Assembly (NCBI GenBank): GCA_964627805.1
Contig: CAZVLA010000013.1
Span: forward strand, 2,046 to 66,045
Direction of reading: 5' to 3'
DNA from: an uncultured Desulfurococcaceae archaeon
GTDB taxonomy: Archaea; Thermoproteota; Thermoprotei_A; Sulfolobales; NBVN01
DNA: 64,000 nucleotides
The notes below the pieces were generated by a model that searched no databases, was not told the origin of the DNA, and worked only from the letters and a program-made list of their open reading frames with translations. Shown here one piece after another: positions 19,579 to 28,625 of this stretch. Numbering within the stretch: the first letter of the stretch is position 1; every line of letters starts with the position of its first letter. The translations under genes and the position numbers were made by a program.

Positions 19579-20382
19579 TTGCTGAGTAGTGAGGAAGGAC
19601 ACCAGTACCGAGCCGTAGTTAAGGAGGGTGATTTAGTAGTAATATACATCGATGATAAGAGGAAGAAGCTAGTTAGGGTTAGGCGTGGTGACATATTCAA
19701 CTCTGATAAGGGCTATGTGAGGCATGATGAGTTAATAGGTATTGAGATAGGTGATAAAGTAAGATTAAGTACTGGTAAATACGCATACGTACTCAATCCA
19801 TTATTAACGGATATTATTGATTCCTACAAACGTGTTACTCAAGTCATATATCCTAAGGACATAGGATTAATGATAGTACTTACGGGTATTGGTCCGGGTT
19901 CTAAAGTACTTGAGGGAGGTGTAGGTACTGGGTACTTAACTTCGTTCTTAGCCAATATTGTAGGGGATGAAGGTAAGGTATATGCGTATGAATTAAGGAG
20001 GGAGTTCATCGAGGTGGCTAAAAGAAACTTAAGTAAGTCAGGACTACTTAGTAGGGTCATACTGAAGCTCGGTGACATAAGAAAGGATGTTACTGAAAAG
20101 AATTTAGATGCAGCTTTCCTAGATATACCTGACCCTTGGAATGCCTTAGGTATACTCCCTAAAGTCTTAAAGCCCTCATCACCTGTAGTAGCTTTTTTAC
20201 CAACTGTTAATCAGGTCATAAAATTAATCAGTAAGTTAAAGAGCACTCGCGGCTTCATCGATATCAGGGTTTTTGAAACTCAGCTGAGGGAATATAACGT
20301 TGATCCTGAAGCATTAAGACCTAAGCCCATATACGTGGTACACACGGGTTACATGGTGTTCTTTAGGGTAGTAAAGAAATGA
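19579..20382 (+). CDS. trmI: tRNA (adenine-N1)-methyltransferase TrmI/Gcd14 family
   Basis: 267 aa from TTG 19579 (start uncertain). Motifs are EGDLVVIY, the SAM motif VLEGGVGTGYLTSFLA, and FLDIPDPW. Confidence 0.85.
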   Translation: MLSSEEGHQYRAVVKEGDLVVIYIDDKRKKLVRVRRGDIFNSDKGYVRHDELIGIEIGDKVRLSTGKYAYVLNPLLTDIIDSYKRVTQVIYPKDIGLMIVLTGIGPGSKVLEGGVGTGYLTSFLANIVGDEGKVYAYELRREFIEVAKRNLSKSGLLSRVILKLGDIRKDVTEKNLDAAFLDIPDPWNALGILPKVLKPSSPVVAFLPTVNQVIKLISKLKSTRGFIDIRVFETQLREYNVDPEALRPKPIYVVHTGYMVFFRVVKK

Positions 20383-20385
20383 CGA

Positions 20386-21960
20386 TTAAGCTAACCTTAA
20401 CTTACCGACTGCCTTAACCCTAATCTTAACAGCTGTGCCGGGTAGGTAAGGCATTGCTATCTCCTCGATCTCAGCTACTTCAATAGTAGCAGGGTCAGCC
20501 CCAGCCTCAACAACTCTCCTCTTAGCCTCTGATGTCGTTAGTTCGATGGCTTTGTTTCTGCTCATTACTTCATACGAGAATGCCTTCTCAACTACAGCAC
20601 CTACTAAGGCAGTAGCAGCCCCTATAGCATTAGCAAATTGGGCGTACTTAGGTCTAATGATCTCTTTAGCGCCTCTTAACTTCTTAGGCCACATAGCAGA
20701 TCCACCGCCAACTAGAATAACAGTCATAGGCTCTGGGGATGTTTTTATTCTGTCTATTGCTTCTTCAAGTTTACTTACCATGTAGTCATAAGCTTTCTCG
20801 ACTACGTCCTTAGGGATTAATTCTTTAGCACGCATTGGGTTACATCTAGGGTCATCGATCGTCATCATACCCCTAGCTAACGCTATATCAGTAGCTGTGA
20901 TTACGTCCCCACCCCAAGCTACTCCCTTACTAACTAATTCGTAACCTACACTTACAGGACCTACCCTAACTTCACCATTGCTAATACTTACTACGCTACC
21001 TCCGGCTATCCCTAAAGCTATGATGTCAGGTGCCCTTATGTTTGTTCTTACACCAGCTATTTCAATCTCTAATGCTTCCCTAGGATAGCCCTTAGTAAGT
21101 ACTCCTATATTGGATGTGGTACCTCCAGTATCAACTACTATGGCGTCACTAATGCCCGTTAAGACGTAAGCACCACGTATACTGTTAGATATAGGTGCTA
21201 CTACTGTGAATATAGGATAATTCTCGATGAACTCCGCGGATGCGGTCGTACCATCATTCTGTGCGAAGTACATCTTAACATGAGACAACCCGAGCTTGTT
21301 AAGGCTTGTCCTCAACGCATCTATAGTTCTCCTCATAACACCTATAGTAGCCGCGTTAAGTATTGTTGCGTTCTCCCTTTCAAGTAAGCCTAAAGTACCT
21401 ATCTCATGAGAAAGCACTATAGGTACTTCATCACCTAAGACCTCACCAACAATTTCCTTGGCTCTTAACTCATGCTCAGGATTCACTGGTGAAAACACCG
21501 ATGTTATAGCTACCGCATTAACGCGTAGCTCCTTAAACCTCTCAGCAACCCTCTTTAATTCTCCCTCATCTAACTTCGCTAATTCCTCGCCGGTATATTC
21601 ATGGCCACCACCGATAATTACTGATGTATCGCCGACTGCGTACCTAAGGTCAGAGGGCCAGTCAAGCATGGGTGACACGGCAGTGGTTGCTGGCTTTCCT
21701 ATTCTAATCACTCCTACTCTCCATAAACCCTTTCTCTGTACGATAGCGTTGAGTACGTGGGTGGTTCCGAACATTACGGCATTTACTTCATCTGGATTGA
21801 TGTTGTATTTCCTAATTAATCCCTCTAACGCATTAATTATTCCTGTAGTTACGTCAGGAGTTGTTCTAGTTTTGAATCCTCCGATGATCTCATCACGTTC
21901 ATTAATTGCTACCGCATCAGTGTGAGTGCTACCCACGTCTATACCTATTCTTAAGACCAT
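20386..21960 (-). CDS. hydantoinase/oxoprolinase (HyuA-like) family protein
   Basis: 524 aa with ASKHA-type motifs IGIDVGSTHTDAV and VVDTGGTTSNIG. Confidence 0.8.
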   Translation of the reverse strand: MVLRIGIDVGSTHTDAVAINERDEIIGGFKTRTTPDVTTGIINALEGLIRKYNINPDEVNAVMFGTTHVLNAIVQRKGLWRVGVIRIGKPATTAVSPMLDWPSDLRYAVGDTSVIIGGGHEYTGEELAKLDEGELKRVAERFKELRVNAVAITSVFSPVNPEHELRAKEIVGEVLGDEVPIVLSHEIGTLGLLERENATILNAATIGVMRRTIDALRTSLNKLGLSHVKMYFAQNDGTTASAEFIENYPIFTVVAPISNSIRGAYVLTGISDAIVVDTGGTTSNIGVLTKGYPREALEIEIAGVRTNIRAPDIIALGIAGGSVVSISNGEVRVGPVSVGYELVSKGVAWGGDVITATDIALARGMMTIDDPRCNPMRAKELIPKDVVEKAYDYMVSKLEEAIDRIKTSPEPMTVILVGGGSAMWPKKLRGAKEIIRPKYAQFANAIGAATALVGAVVEKAFSYEVMSRNKAIELTTSEAKRRVVEAGADPATIEVAEIEEIAMPYLPGTAVKIRVKAVGKLRLA

Positions 21961-21964
21961 GATA

Positions 21965-23056
21965 TCACCTCTTATGTAGAATCTCTATAGGTACGTAATC
22001 AATGTTATAACCGAAATACTTGGGACCTACAACCTTAAGTCCTTCCTCAGTCCTCCACTTCGGGTCACAGGGAATACCTATCACAGCTACTCTAAGCCCG
22101 TATCTTAACCTCTCAGTAGTTATTGGCTTAGCAGTGTCCTTGTCAAGTACAGTTATTAGGTCTGGCACGGAGGCTATTACCTCACCATCCCTAATAGCCA
22201 CTAGGTTCTCGTTCTGAAACTTAATAACTAACTTACTACCTTTAAAGTCATCTAAGCCTTCAATAATAGCTTCACCTCTAGCAAACCCTCCTACATTCTT
22301 CCTATCTACATCCACTATCTTACCTATGAATAGTAAGTATCCACCACTAGCATCAAGTATGGCGTCGAGGGGGTTCTTACCGTACTTCTTCGAGTTCGTT
22401 ATTGCTTCACCTATGCCTATTGCCTTAGTTAATGTATTTCTAACCGTAGCTCTCTTATAGTCCTTACCACTCATTGGGTATATAGCTATCCAAGCAGTAC
22501 CACCGAACTTTATCGTTACCACTCTAGCTATTCTCTCAGCCCAGTAATTATCTATAGTATCTAACAACACACCATTTCCCTTCTCATCAGCCATACTCAT
22601 GGGGGTTGCCTTAACGCCAAATAGATGAAACGTAACCATCTGAAGCTCGGGGAAGGCCCTGCCCATGCCGTCACCATCAGGTACAGGAATGCCTCTCTCG
22701 GCAGCGGCTACTAAGGGTATAGTCGAGTTTATACCTCCAGCTTCAATACATATCACGTAATCAACCCTTCTACCGAAGTAGGATTCTAGAGTCTTCAATG
22801 CCTTAATAGCTTCCTTACCGTTAGGTATCTTCTCAATAAGGACTGTGGGAGTCCCCATACCAGCTACAGCTACTATAAATGCGTCGTCATCAACATCATC
22901 AGGATTAACTAACACTATATCCTTACCTCTTTCAAGCATCTGAATTGCCATTAACTTACCTATGTAGGGATCACCGCCACCCCCTGTCCCTAAAACAGCG
23001 GCTCCTAGAGCTAGATTTTCGACATCCTCTTTACGAAGCCTAATCATTAGTACCAC
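21965..23056 (-). CDS. DUF917-family protein
   Basis: 363 aa with LGAAVLGTGGGGDPYIGKLMA and CIEAGGINS. It ends 4 nt before the hydantoinase-like gene starts. Confidence 0.75.
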   Translation of the reverse strand: MVLMIRLRKEDVENLALGAAVLGTGGGGDPYIGKLMAIQMLERGKDIVLVNPDDVDDDAFIVAVAGMGTPTVLIEKIPNGKEAIKALKTLESYFGRRVDYVICIEAGGINSTIPLVAAAERGIPVPDGDGMGRAFPELQMVTFHLFGVKATPMSMADEKGNGVLLDTIDNYWAERIARVVTIKFGGTAWIAIYPMSGKDYKRATVRNTLTKAIGIGEAITNSKKYGKNPLDAILDASGGYLLFIGKIVDVDRKNVGGFARGEAIIEGLDDFKGSKLVIKFQNENLVAIRDGEVIASVPDLITVLDKDTAKPITTERLRYGLRVAVIGIPCDPKWRTEEGLKVVGPKYFGYNIDYVPIEILHKR

Positions 23057-23252
23057 CTAGTGCAATGTGTGTTAGTACCTACAAGAACCTATCAACTCGT
23101 ATTTAAAAAGTATAATGAATATATTAGTTACTTTTTAATGTATGAAAAAGTATTTGGTGAATATTCTTGCAATATAAAACAATCGATTGATATGAAATTT
23201 ACTAATGTAGCATAATTATGTAATGAATGTATTAAGTACCATCGTAACTATG

Positions 23253-23330
23253 TGGCGGGCCCGCCGGGATTTGAACCCGGGATCTCCGGCTCCGCAGGCC
23301 GGCGCCTTATCCTGGCTAGGCCACGGGCCC
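23253..23330 (-). tRNA. tRNA-Arg (anticodon GCG), CCA encoded
   Basis: The reverse complement folds as a cloverleaf: acceptor GGGCCCG/CGGGCCC, anticodon stem CCGGC/GCCGG, loop CTGCGGA, T arm CCGGG-TTCAAAT-CCCGG, discriminator G plus CCA. Total length is 78 nt. Confidence 0.9.
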
Positions 23331-23468
23331 TGTGTCATAGTCTCCATCAGTAGTTAAATTGAGTAACTAAAATAACTTAATGGTAATACGGATTTTCAGC
23401 CCTACCTCATGCTTTTGGGGAGGCTCTTTTAAGTTACCTTAAGTTAAGGTGTAGTTAGGGAGGGAGCT

Positions 23469-26171
23469 ATTAAGTTAATTAGTAAGAGAGGTAAGCGAGT
23501 TAAGTATAGGAGCTTACTGGAGTACGTATACGGCGTACCTCCGTCAAAGATAGTTACTCTTAAGTATAATGGATCTGTTGTTAAGGTTATTAAGGCAAGT
23601 ACTGAGGATATTAAAAAGTATTCTGTAATATCTGATATAATAGTACGGGTAAGTAACTTTAAGAGAGCTTATTTACTGGGATCCTACTACTCAGGCAAGT
23701 CATTGAAGGCGTACTTAAGATTCTATGACGACGAGTCAAATAAGGTTTATGAGTTATATGATACCACCGGACATAAACCTTACTTCATAACGGACACACC
23801 ACCTCAGAAGATAAATGATATGAAGAATGTGGTCGAGGATCCCTCCTTTGATCATGTAGAGGTAATTAAGAAATATGACTTATTAAGGGGTGAGTATAGG
23901 GTACTTACTAAGATAGTAGTTAAGGATCCGCAAGCGGTTAGAAGATTGAGAGGTAATTTCAAGAATGTATGGGAAGCTAAGATTAAGTACCATGATAACT
24001 ACATCTTTGATAATCAATTAGTTCCTGGTATGCTCTATACCGCGAGCCACGGTAAACTAACTCGGCTAGATGTTAAGGTACGTAGTGAGATAAGGGAGTT
24101 ATTTAGCAAGGCTGTCGAAGGACTGCCCGATGAGATTAAGAAAAATGCCCTTACTTATATGCCCCTCTTCGAAGCCAAGCCCCCTAAAATACGTAGGGTT
24201 GCGATAGATATTGAGGTATACACGCCTTTTAGGGGTAGGGTACCCGATCCTACGTCAGCGCCTTACCCTATTATTAGTGTGGCTTTAGTATCTAATGATG
24301 GCTTAAGAAAGGTGTTGGTACTTGCTAGGGATGATGTGAAATTTGGTGATTTAAGTAAATTACCTAATGATTTTGAGGTGGAGGTATTCGATAGTGAATA
24401 TGCGTTGTTGATGGAGACCTTCAGAATACTGTCTAAGTACCCATTAGTAATTACTTTTAACGGCGATGAATTCGACTTACCTTATCTATATAATAGAGCA
24501 TTGAACTTAGGCATCGACCCTCACCTAATACCCATAACTGAGGTAAGGGACTTCGTAAGTGTAAGGCATGGCTTCCATATTGACCTATATAGATTCTTCA
24601 GCATCGAGGCTATACAGAACTACGCATTCGGTTCAGCCTACAAGGACAGGACCTTAGATGCCATAGCTCAAGCATTACTAGGTGAGTCTAAGGTTAAGAT
24701 CGAGGAAAGCATAAGTGACTTACCTATGGCGGAACTAATAGAGTATAATGCCAGAGACGCGGACTTAACGTTAAGACTAACTACATTTAATAATGAATTA
24801 GTGTGGAAGTTAATTGTACTAATAATGAGATTAGCTAAAATGAGTTTAGAGGACGTAACACGAAGAAAGGTTTCAGCATGGATAAAGAACTTAATGTACT
24901 GGGAGCATAAGAGAAGGAATTACCTAATACCCAATGACGATGAATTAAAGAGTATTAAGGGGGAGGTGAAGACAGCCGCCAAGATAGGTGGTAAGAGGTA
25001 TGCAGGTGCCATAGTTATCGACCCGATACCGGGTGTGTACTTTAACGTAGTAGTCCTTGATTTCGCCTCACTATACCCGAGCATAATAAAGGTATGGAAC
25101 TTAAGTTACGAAACAATAGATCCACTACCTAACTTCTGTAAGGATGGTGAAATAGCTGAGATAAAGGACGAAAAGGGTAATGTAATACATACTGTGTGTT
25201 TGAGTAGGAAGGGTATAACGTCAGAGATCGTCGGTTTACTTAGGGACTTTAGGGTTAAGATATATAAGAAGATGGCTAAGAGCCAATCAATACCTAAGGA
25301 GGAGAGGGAGTGGTATGATGTTGTTCAGAGCGCTATGAAGGTATACATAAACGCTAGCTACGGAGTTTTCGGTCACGAGAAATTCCCGCTATATACACCC
25401 TCAGTAGCGGAGTCGGTAACTGCCCTAGGTAGGTACGTAATAACGTCAACATTGAGGAAGGCTAGGGAGTTAGGTCTTAAGGTACTATATGGAGATACTG
25501 ACTCACTATTCCTCTGGAACCCTGATGAGAGGGCATTAAAGGAACTTATGGAGTGGGTGGAGAATAACTTCCAATTGGATCTCGAGTTAGATAAGGTGTA
25601 TAAGTACGTAGCTTTCGCACTTAAGAAAAACTACCTAGGTGTGAGGGTCGACGGTAAGATCGACGTTAAGGGTATGGTAGGGAAGAAGAAGAACGTACCT
25701 AAACTACTTCAAGAAACATTTACGAAAGTAGTTGAGCTCATGAGTAATATAGAGGATAACCCAGTAGTGCTTAATGATATCAAGAATAAATTGAAAGAAA
25801 CAATACATGATGTGTACATGAGGCTAAAGAATAGAGAATTCACTCTTGATGAAGTAGCTTTTAAGACAACTTTAAACAAGCCTTTAGAGGAATATACTAA
25901 AACAACACCAATACATGTTAAGGCAGCTAAGCAGCTTAGGAGATACGGCATACTAGTGAGTAAAGGCGATACTATATACTACGTAAAGACCAGAACTAAG
26001 GATAGAGTAAAGGCGGTTCAGTTAGCTAAGCTTGACGACGTTAATATTAATGAATATATAGATACGATGAAGTCTGTACTCCAGCAACTCCTACTGCCGT
26101 TTAGTATTGAGTGGGAAGAGATAGCAGGTAGTATGGGTCTTTATAACTTTATTGCTAACTCGAGAAAGTGA
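23469..26171 (+). CDS. polB: family B DNA polymerase (PolB1/Dpo1-type); start codon uncertain
   Basis: Exonuclease motifs are VAIDIEV, ITFNGDEFDLPYL and YNARDADLT. Polymerase motifs are VLDFASLYPSII, KVYINASYGVFG and LYGDTDSLF. The frame is open from 23448 and the first canonical start is TTG 23703, but conserved N-terminal sequence lies upstream. ATT 23469 is used here as a provisional start. Confidence 0.9.
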   Translation: MKLISKRGKRVKYRSLLEYVYGVPPSKIVTLKYNGSVVKVIKASTEDIKKYSVISDIIVRVSNFKRAYLLGSYYSGKSLKAYLRFYDDESNKVYELYDTTGHKPYFITDTPPQKINDMKNVVEDPSFDHVEVIKKYDLLRGEYRVLTKIVVKDPQAVRRLRGNFKNVWEAKIKYHDNYIFDNQLVPGMLYTASHGKLTRLDVKVRSEIRELFSKAVEGLPDEIKKNALTYMPLFEAKPPKIRRVAIDIEVYTPFRGRVPDPTSAPYPIISVALVSNDGLRKVLVLARDDVKFGDLSKLPNDFEVEVFDSEYALLMETFRILSKYPLVITFNGDEFDLPYLYNRALNLGIDPHLIPITEVRDFVSVRHGFHIDLYRFFSIEAIQNYAFGSAYKDRTLDAIAQALLGESKVKIEESISDLPMAELIEYNARDADLTLRLTTFNNELVWKLIVLIMRLAKMSLEDVTRRKVSAWIKNLMYWEHKRRNYLIPNDDELKSIKGEVKTAAKIGGKRYAGAIVIDPIPGVYFNVVVLDFASLYPSIIKVWNLSYETIDPLPNFCKDGEIAEIKDEKGNVIHTVCLSRKGITSEIVGLLRDFRVKIYKKMAKSQSIPKEEREWYDVVQSAMKVYINASYGVFGHEKFPLYTPSVAESVTALGRYVITSTLRKARELGLKVLYGDTDSLFLWNPDERALKELMEWVENNFQLDLELDKVYKYVAFALKKNYLGVRVDGKIDVKGMVGKKKNVPKLLQETFTKVVELMSNIEDNPVVLNDIKNKLKETIHDVYMRLKNREFTLDEVAFKTTLNKPLEEYTKTTPIHVKAAKQLRRYGILVSKGDTIYYVKTRTKDRVKAVQLAKLDDVNINEYIDTMKSVLQQLLLPFSIEWEEIAGSMGLYNFIANSRK

Positions 26172-26175
26172 CTAC

Positions 26176-26994
26176 TTAAATTATCCTAAACTTCATGCCG
26201 GACCTATTAAGTAAATTAATTAGCTCTTCCTTAGCTTCATTAACTCTACGTGTAGCTAATTCCTTAGTTGTTGAGCAGGTCATTAGGTATACCTCGATAA
26301 CAGGTTCCCTAACTTCATGACCTTTAGGATGACTCTTCACATAGACATCTTCGTACTTCTTAACTAGCTTAGCTATTATAGGTGCTAGGGATGACTCAGG
26401 TAGGCCAACAACCTTAATCCTAGCCTCAGCTAGGTACTTCTTAGGTGCTATTTCTAAGAGCTTGGGCTCAACCCATTTCTCCCACATGGCAGTTAATTCC
26501 TTAGGTACTCCTGGTAATGATATTATTATTGATTTAAGATTAGGTAGCTCAAGCCAAGAACCCGGGGCCGTACCTACAGGGTTAGATATTGCCTTAGCTC
26601 CTCTAGGCAGGTAAGCCATCTTTAATCTCTCCCTAGTCATTTCTAACCCAGCCTCCTCATACTTCCTCCTAACCTCCTTAAGTGCCTCCTCATTGAGTTC
26701 TAAGGGGTTGTTGGTAGCTAATGCAACAGCTTCTAACGTACGGTCATCATACGTAGGTCCTAAGCCTCCAGTAGTAATTATGATTACGGGGGAGAACCTA
26801 TTAATGACTAGCTTTATAAAGTGACTTATTATGTCTACGTCATCGATTAGGGAGATATTACCTACTACATTAAAACCCAGTAACACTAATCTCCTCCCTA
26901 AGTAAGCGGCATTCGTATTTACTACTCTGCCATGCACTACCTCATTACCTAAAGTAAATATGAACGCATTACTTACTTCCTTAATTTGTGCCAT
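26176..26994 (-). CDS. CinA-like molybdopterin-binding (MoCF biosynthesis) domain protein
   Basis: Motifs are FTLGNEVVHGRVVNTNAAYLG and IITTGGLGPTYDDRT. ATG 26994 is preferred over the upstream TTG at 27030. Confidence 0.75.
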   Translation of the reverse strand: MAQIKEVSNAFIFTLGNEVVHGRVVNTNAAYLGRRLVLLGFNVVGNISLIDDVDIISHFIKLVINRFSPVIIITTGGLGPTYDDRTLEAVALATNNPLELNEEALKEVRRKYEEAGLEMTRERLKMAYLPRGAKAISNPVGTAPGSWLELPNLKSIIISLPGVPKELTAMWEKWVEPKLLEIAPKKYLAEARIKVVGLPESSLAPIIAKLVKKYEDVYVKSHPKGHEVREPVIEVYLMTCSTTKELATRRVNEAKEELINLLNRSGMKFRII

Positions 26995-27554
26995 ACGTGA
27001 ATACCCCTCTGTAGGACTGTTACTAAGCAAAGCAATAAAGATATTATTAGTAAGTAATTAGCGTAGACCTTAAATCCCGTAACCGTAAGTGTAGATATTA
27101 CCAAGGTAATAACGACCCTATCTCCCCTTTCCATCAGACCAACACCCTCCATTTTAAGACCCAAAGATTCTGCCTTAGCTCTCATGTAGCTTATTAGGAA
27201 TGATGCTGATAAGGTAATGATAATTAACGTATTATTCAAACCTAGAATGCCTAGTGCTAGTAAATAGCATGCGTCTGAGACCCTATCGCATACAGAATCA
27301 AGGAACGACCCGAACGAGCTTCTGAGGCTAGCCGCCTTAGCTATGGCTCCATCCACTAAATCCAGAATAGATGATACAACTATTAGTATAGGTATTAATA
27401 GTGTAGGACCCTGTAGATACGCACTTATTGGTACGCACAGGCTAATTAGTAATCCAGTTACTGTAACGTAATTGGGTTTAATACCTTTCCTAGCTAGGTA
27501 AGCACCTAACTTATGAAGTACAGGTTTAGCAGCACCTCTAAACTTCGTTAGCAA
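26973..27554 (-). CDS. CDP-alcohol phosphatidyltransferase family protein
   Basis: 193 aa polytopic membrane protein. The signature DLVDGAIAKAASLRSSFGSFLDSVCDRVSD matches D-x2-D-G-x2-A-R/K-x8-G-x3-D-x3-D. Confidence 0.8.
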   Translation of the reverse strand: MLTKFRGAAKPVLHKLGAYLARKGIKPNYVTVTGLLISLCVPISAYLQGPTLLIPILIVVSSILDLVDGAIAKAASLRSSFGSFLDSVCDRVSDACYLLALGILGLNNTLIIITLSASFLISYMRAKAESLGLKMEGVGLMERGDRVVITLVISTLTVTGFKVYANYLLIISLLLCLVTVLQRGIHVWHKLRK

Positions 27555-27654
27555 GTACGTATCACCTAATTCCTAATACTAGTACCAATCCTTAAACTTA
27601 AGCAATTAATAACTAATGAGAACTACACCTTAAATTCCGCAAGTGTAACTACTT

Positions 27655-27716
27655 ACTTGATGTTGAGGAATCCGGGATCTGAGCATGTGCTATGATGTAT
27701 GAAATACTTCTGAAGA
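27655..27716 (+). ncRNA. candidate C/D box sRNA
   Basis: C-like TTGATGTTGA 27657-27666, 12-nt spacer GGAATCCGGGAT, D' CTGA 27679-27682, C' ATGATGT 27692-27698, 11-nt spacer, D CTGA 27710-27713. It is intergenic. Confidence 0.55.
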
Positions 27717-27766
27717 TTTCATTAAGGTATAATAACCCTATACGTTACAGAGCTTAGGTGCTCTAA

Positions 27767-28081
27767 TTGGGTAAGATAAAGAAGCTAATACTCGTAACCT
27801 CACCAAATCACCCGCTGGATAAGCATTTTAGGAAGATATCGAAGAGGCTTTCCGATGAGTTAGGTGTTGATTTAGAGGTGAGAATCGAGGATTACGTATT
27901 GTTAGTTAATTACGGTGATGTTGATGAGTTTGGCATGACATGGTTACCTCAACTTCTTGCCGAGCTTGATGACGGTAGTATAGTGAAGGTACTTACTAAA
28001 CCTAATCTAACTCGTGAGGGTAAGTTAGATGAGGAGTTAGACTATAAATACGCACTCTCTAAGTTAATGAAGGAGAAGTAA
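27767..28081 (+). CDS. hypothetical protein
   Basis: 104 aa with a TTG start. No motif is recognised. The downstream methyltransferase gene starts 2 nt later. Confidence 0.45.
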   Translation: MGKIKKLILVTSPNHPLDKHFRKISKRLSDELGVDLEVRIEDYVLLVNYGDVDEFGMTWLPQLLAELDDGSIVKVLTKPNLTREGKLDEELDYKYALSKLMKEK

Positions 28082-28082
28082 G

Positions 28083-28559
28083 GTGTGTGGGTACATAAGA
28101 GTACCTTTCGTACCTACACCACCTCCTGTAGTCAATGCTATGTTAAGGATAGCTAAGGTTGGGAGTGACGATGTACTCTATGACCTAGGATGCGGTGACG
28201 GAAGAATACCCATAATGGCTGTTGAGCTATTTAATGTTAGGAAGGCAGTATGCATTGAGATAAGGGATGACCTTTACAAAAGAGCGCTAGAGGAGGTTAG
28301 AAAGAGGGGTTTAGAGGATAGGGTGGTCGTAATCAATGACGATATGTTCAACGTGGATATATCAGAGGCAACCGTAGTTACGTTATTCCTACTAACAGCT
28401 GTTAATAGGGAGTTAAGACCCAAGCTTGAAAAGGAATTAAGGAAGGGATCCAGGGTAGTCTCCCATGAATTCGAAATACCTGGGTGGAGACCTGCAAAGG
28501 TAGTTATTTACTATGACGGCATAATAAATCATAAGATATATTTATACGTTAAAGAATGA
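28083..28559 (+). CDS. small class I SAM-dependent methyltransferase
   Basis: 158 aa with motif I VLYDLGCGDGRIPI. Confidence 0.7.
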   Translation: MCGYIRVPFVPTPPPVVNAMLRIAKVGSDDVLYDLGCGDGRIPIMAVELFNVRKAVCIEIRDDLYKRALEEVRKRGLEDRVVVINDDMFNVDISEATVVTLFLLTAVNRELRPKLEKELRKGSRVVSHEFEIPGWRPAKVVIYYDGIINHKIYLYVKE

Positions 28560-28568
28560 TTGGTATTA

Positions 28569-28625
28569 CTGGATGATGAGTGGCGTCCTAGAATGATAAG
28601 TGATTGAAGGACCACTAGCTGATAT
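28569..28625 (+). ncRNA. candidate C/D box sRNA
   Basis: C ATGATGA 28573-28579, spacer GTGGCGTCCTAGA, D'-like ATGA 28593-28596, C'-like GTGATTG 28600-28606, 12-nt spacer AAGGACCACTAG, D CTGA 28619-28622. It starts 10 nt after the methyltransferase stop and overlaps the 3' end of the convergent gene. Confidence 0.6.

Noticed and set aside
19414-19602. A 62-aa minus-strand ORF in the long non-coding gap upstream of trmI.
   Set aside because: It overlaps the trmI start, has poor composition, and has no SD or promoter context or motif. It is probably spurious, although small-protein coding cannot be excluded without data.
23251-23282. A 32-nt exact repeat (TGTGGCGGGCCCGCCGGGATTTGAACCCGGGA) shared with 44421-44452, considered as possible att sites of an integrated element.
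   Set aside because: Both copies are the 3' acceptor/T-arm halves of complete tRNA genes with different anticodons (Arg-GCG, Lys-UUU). No integrase or foreign-looking genes lie between or beside them. The 21 kb in between holds core genes (polB, leuS).
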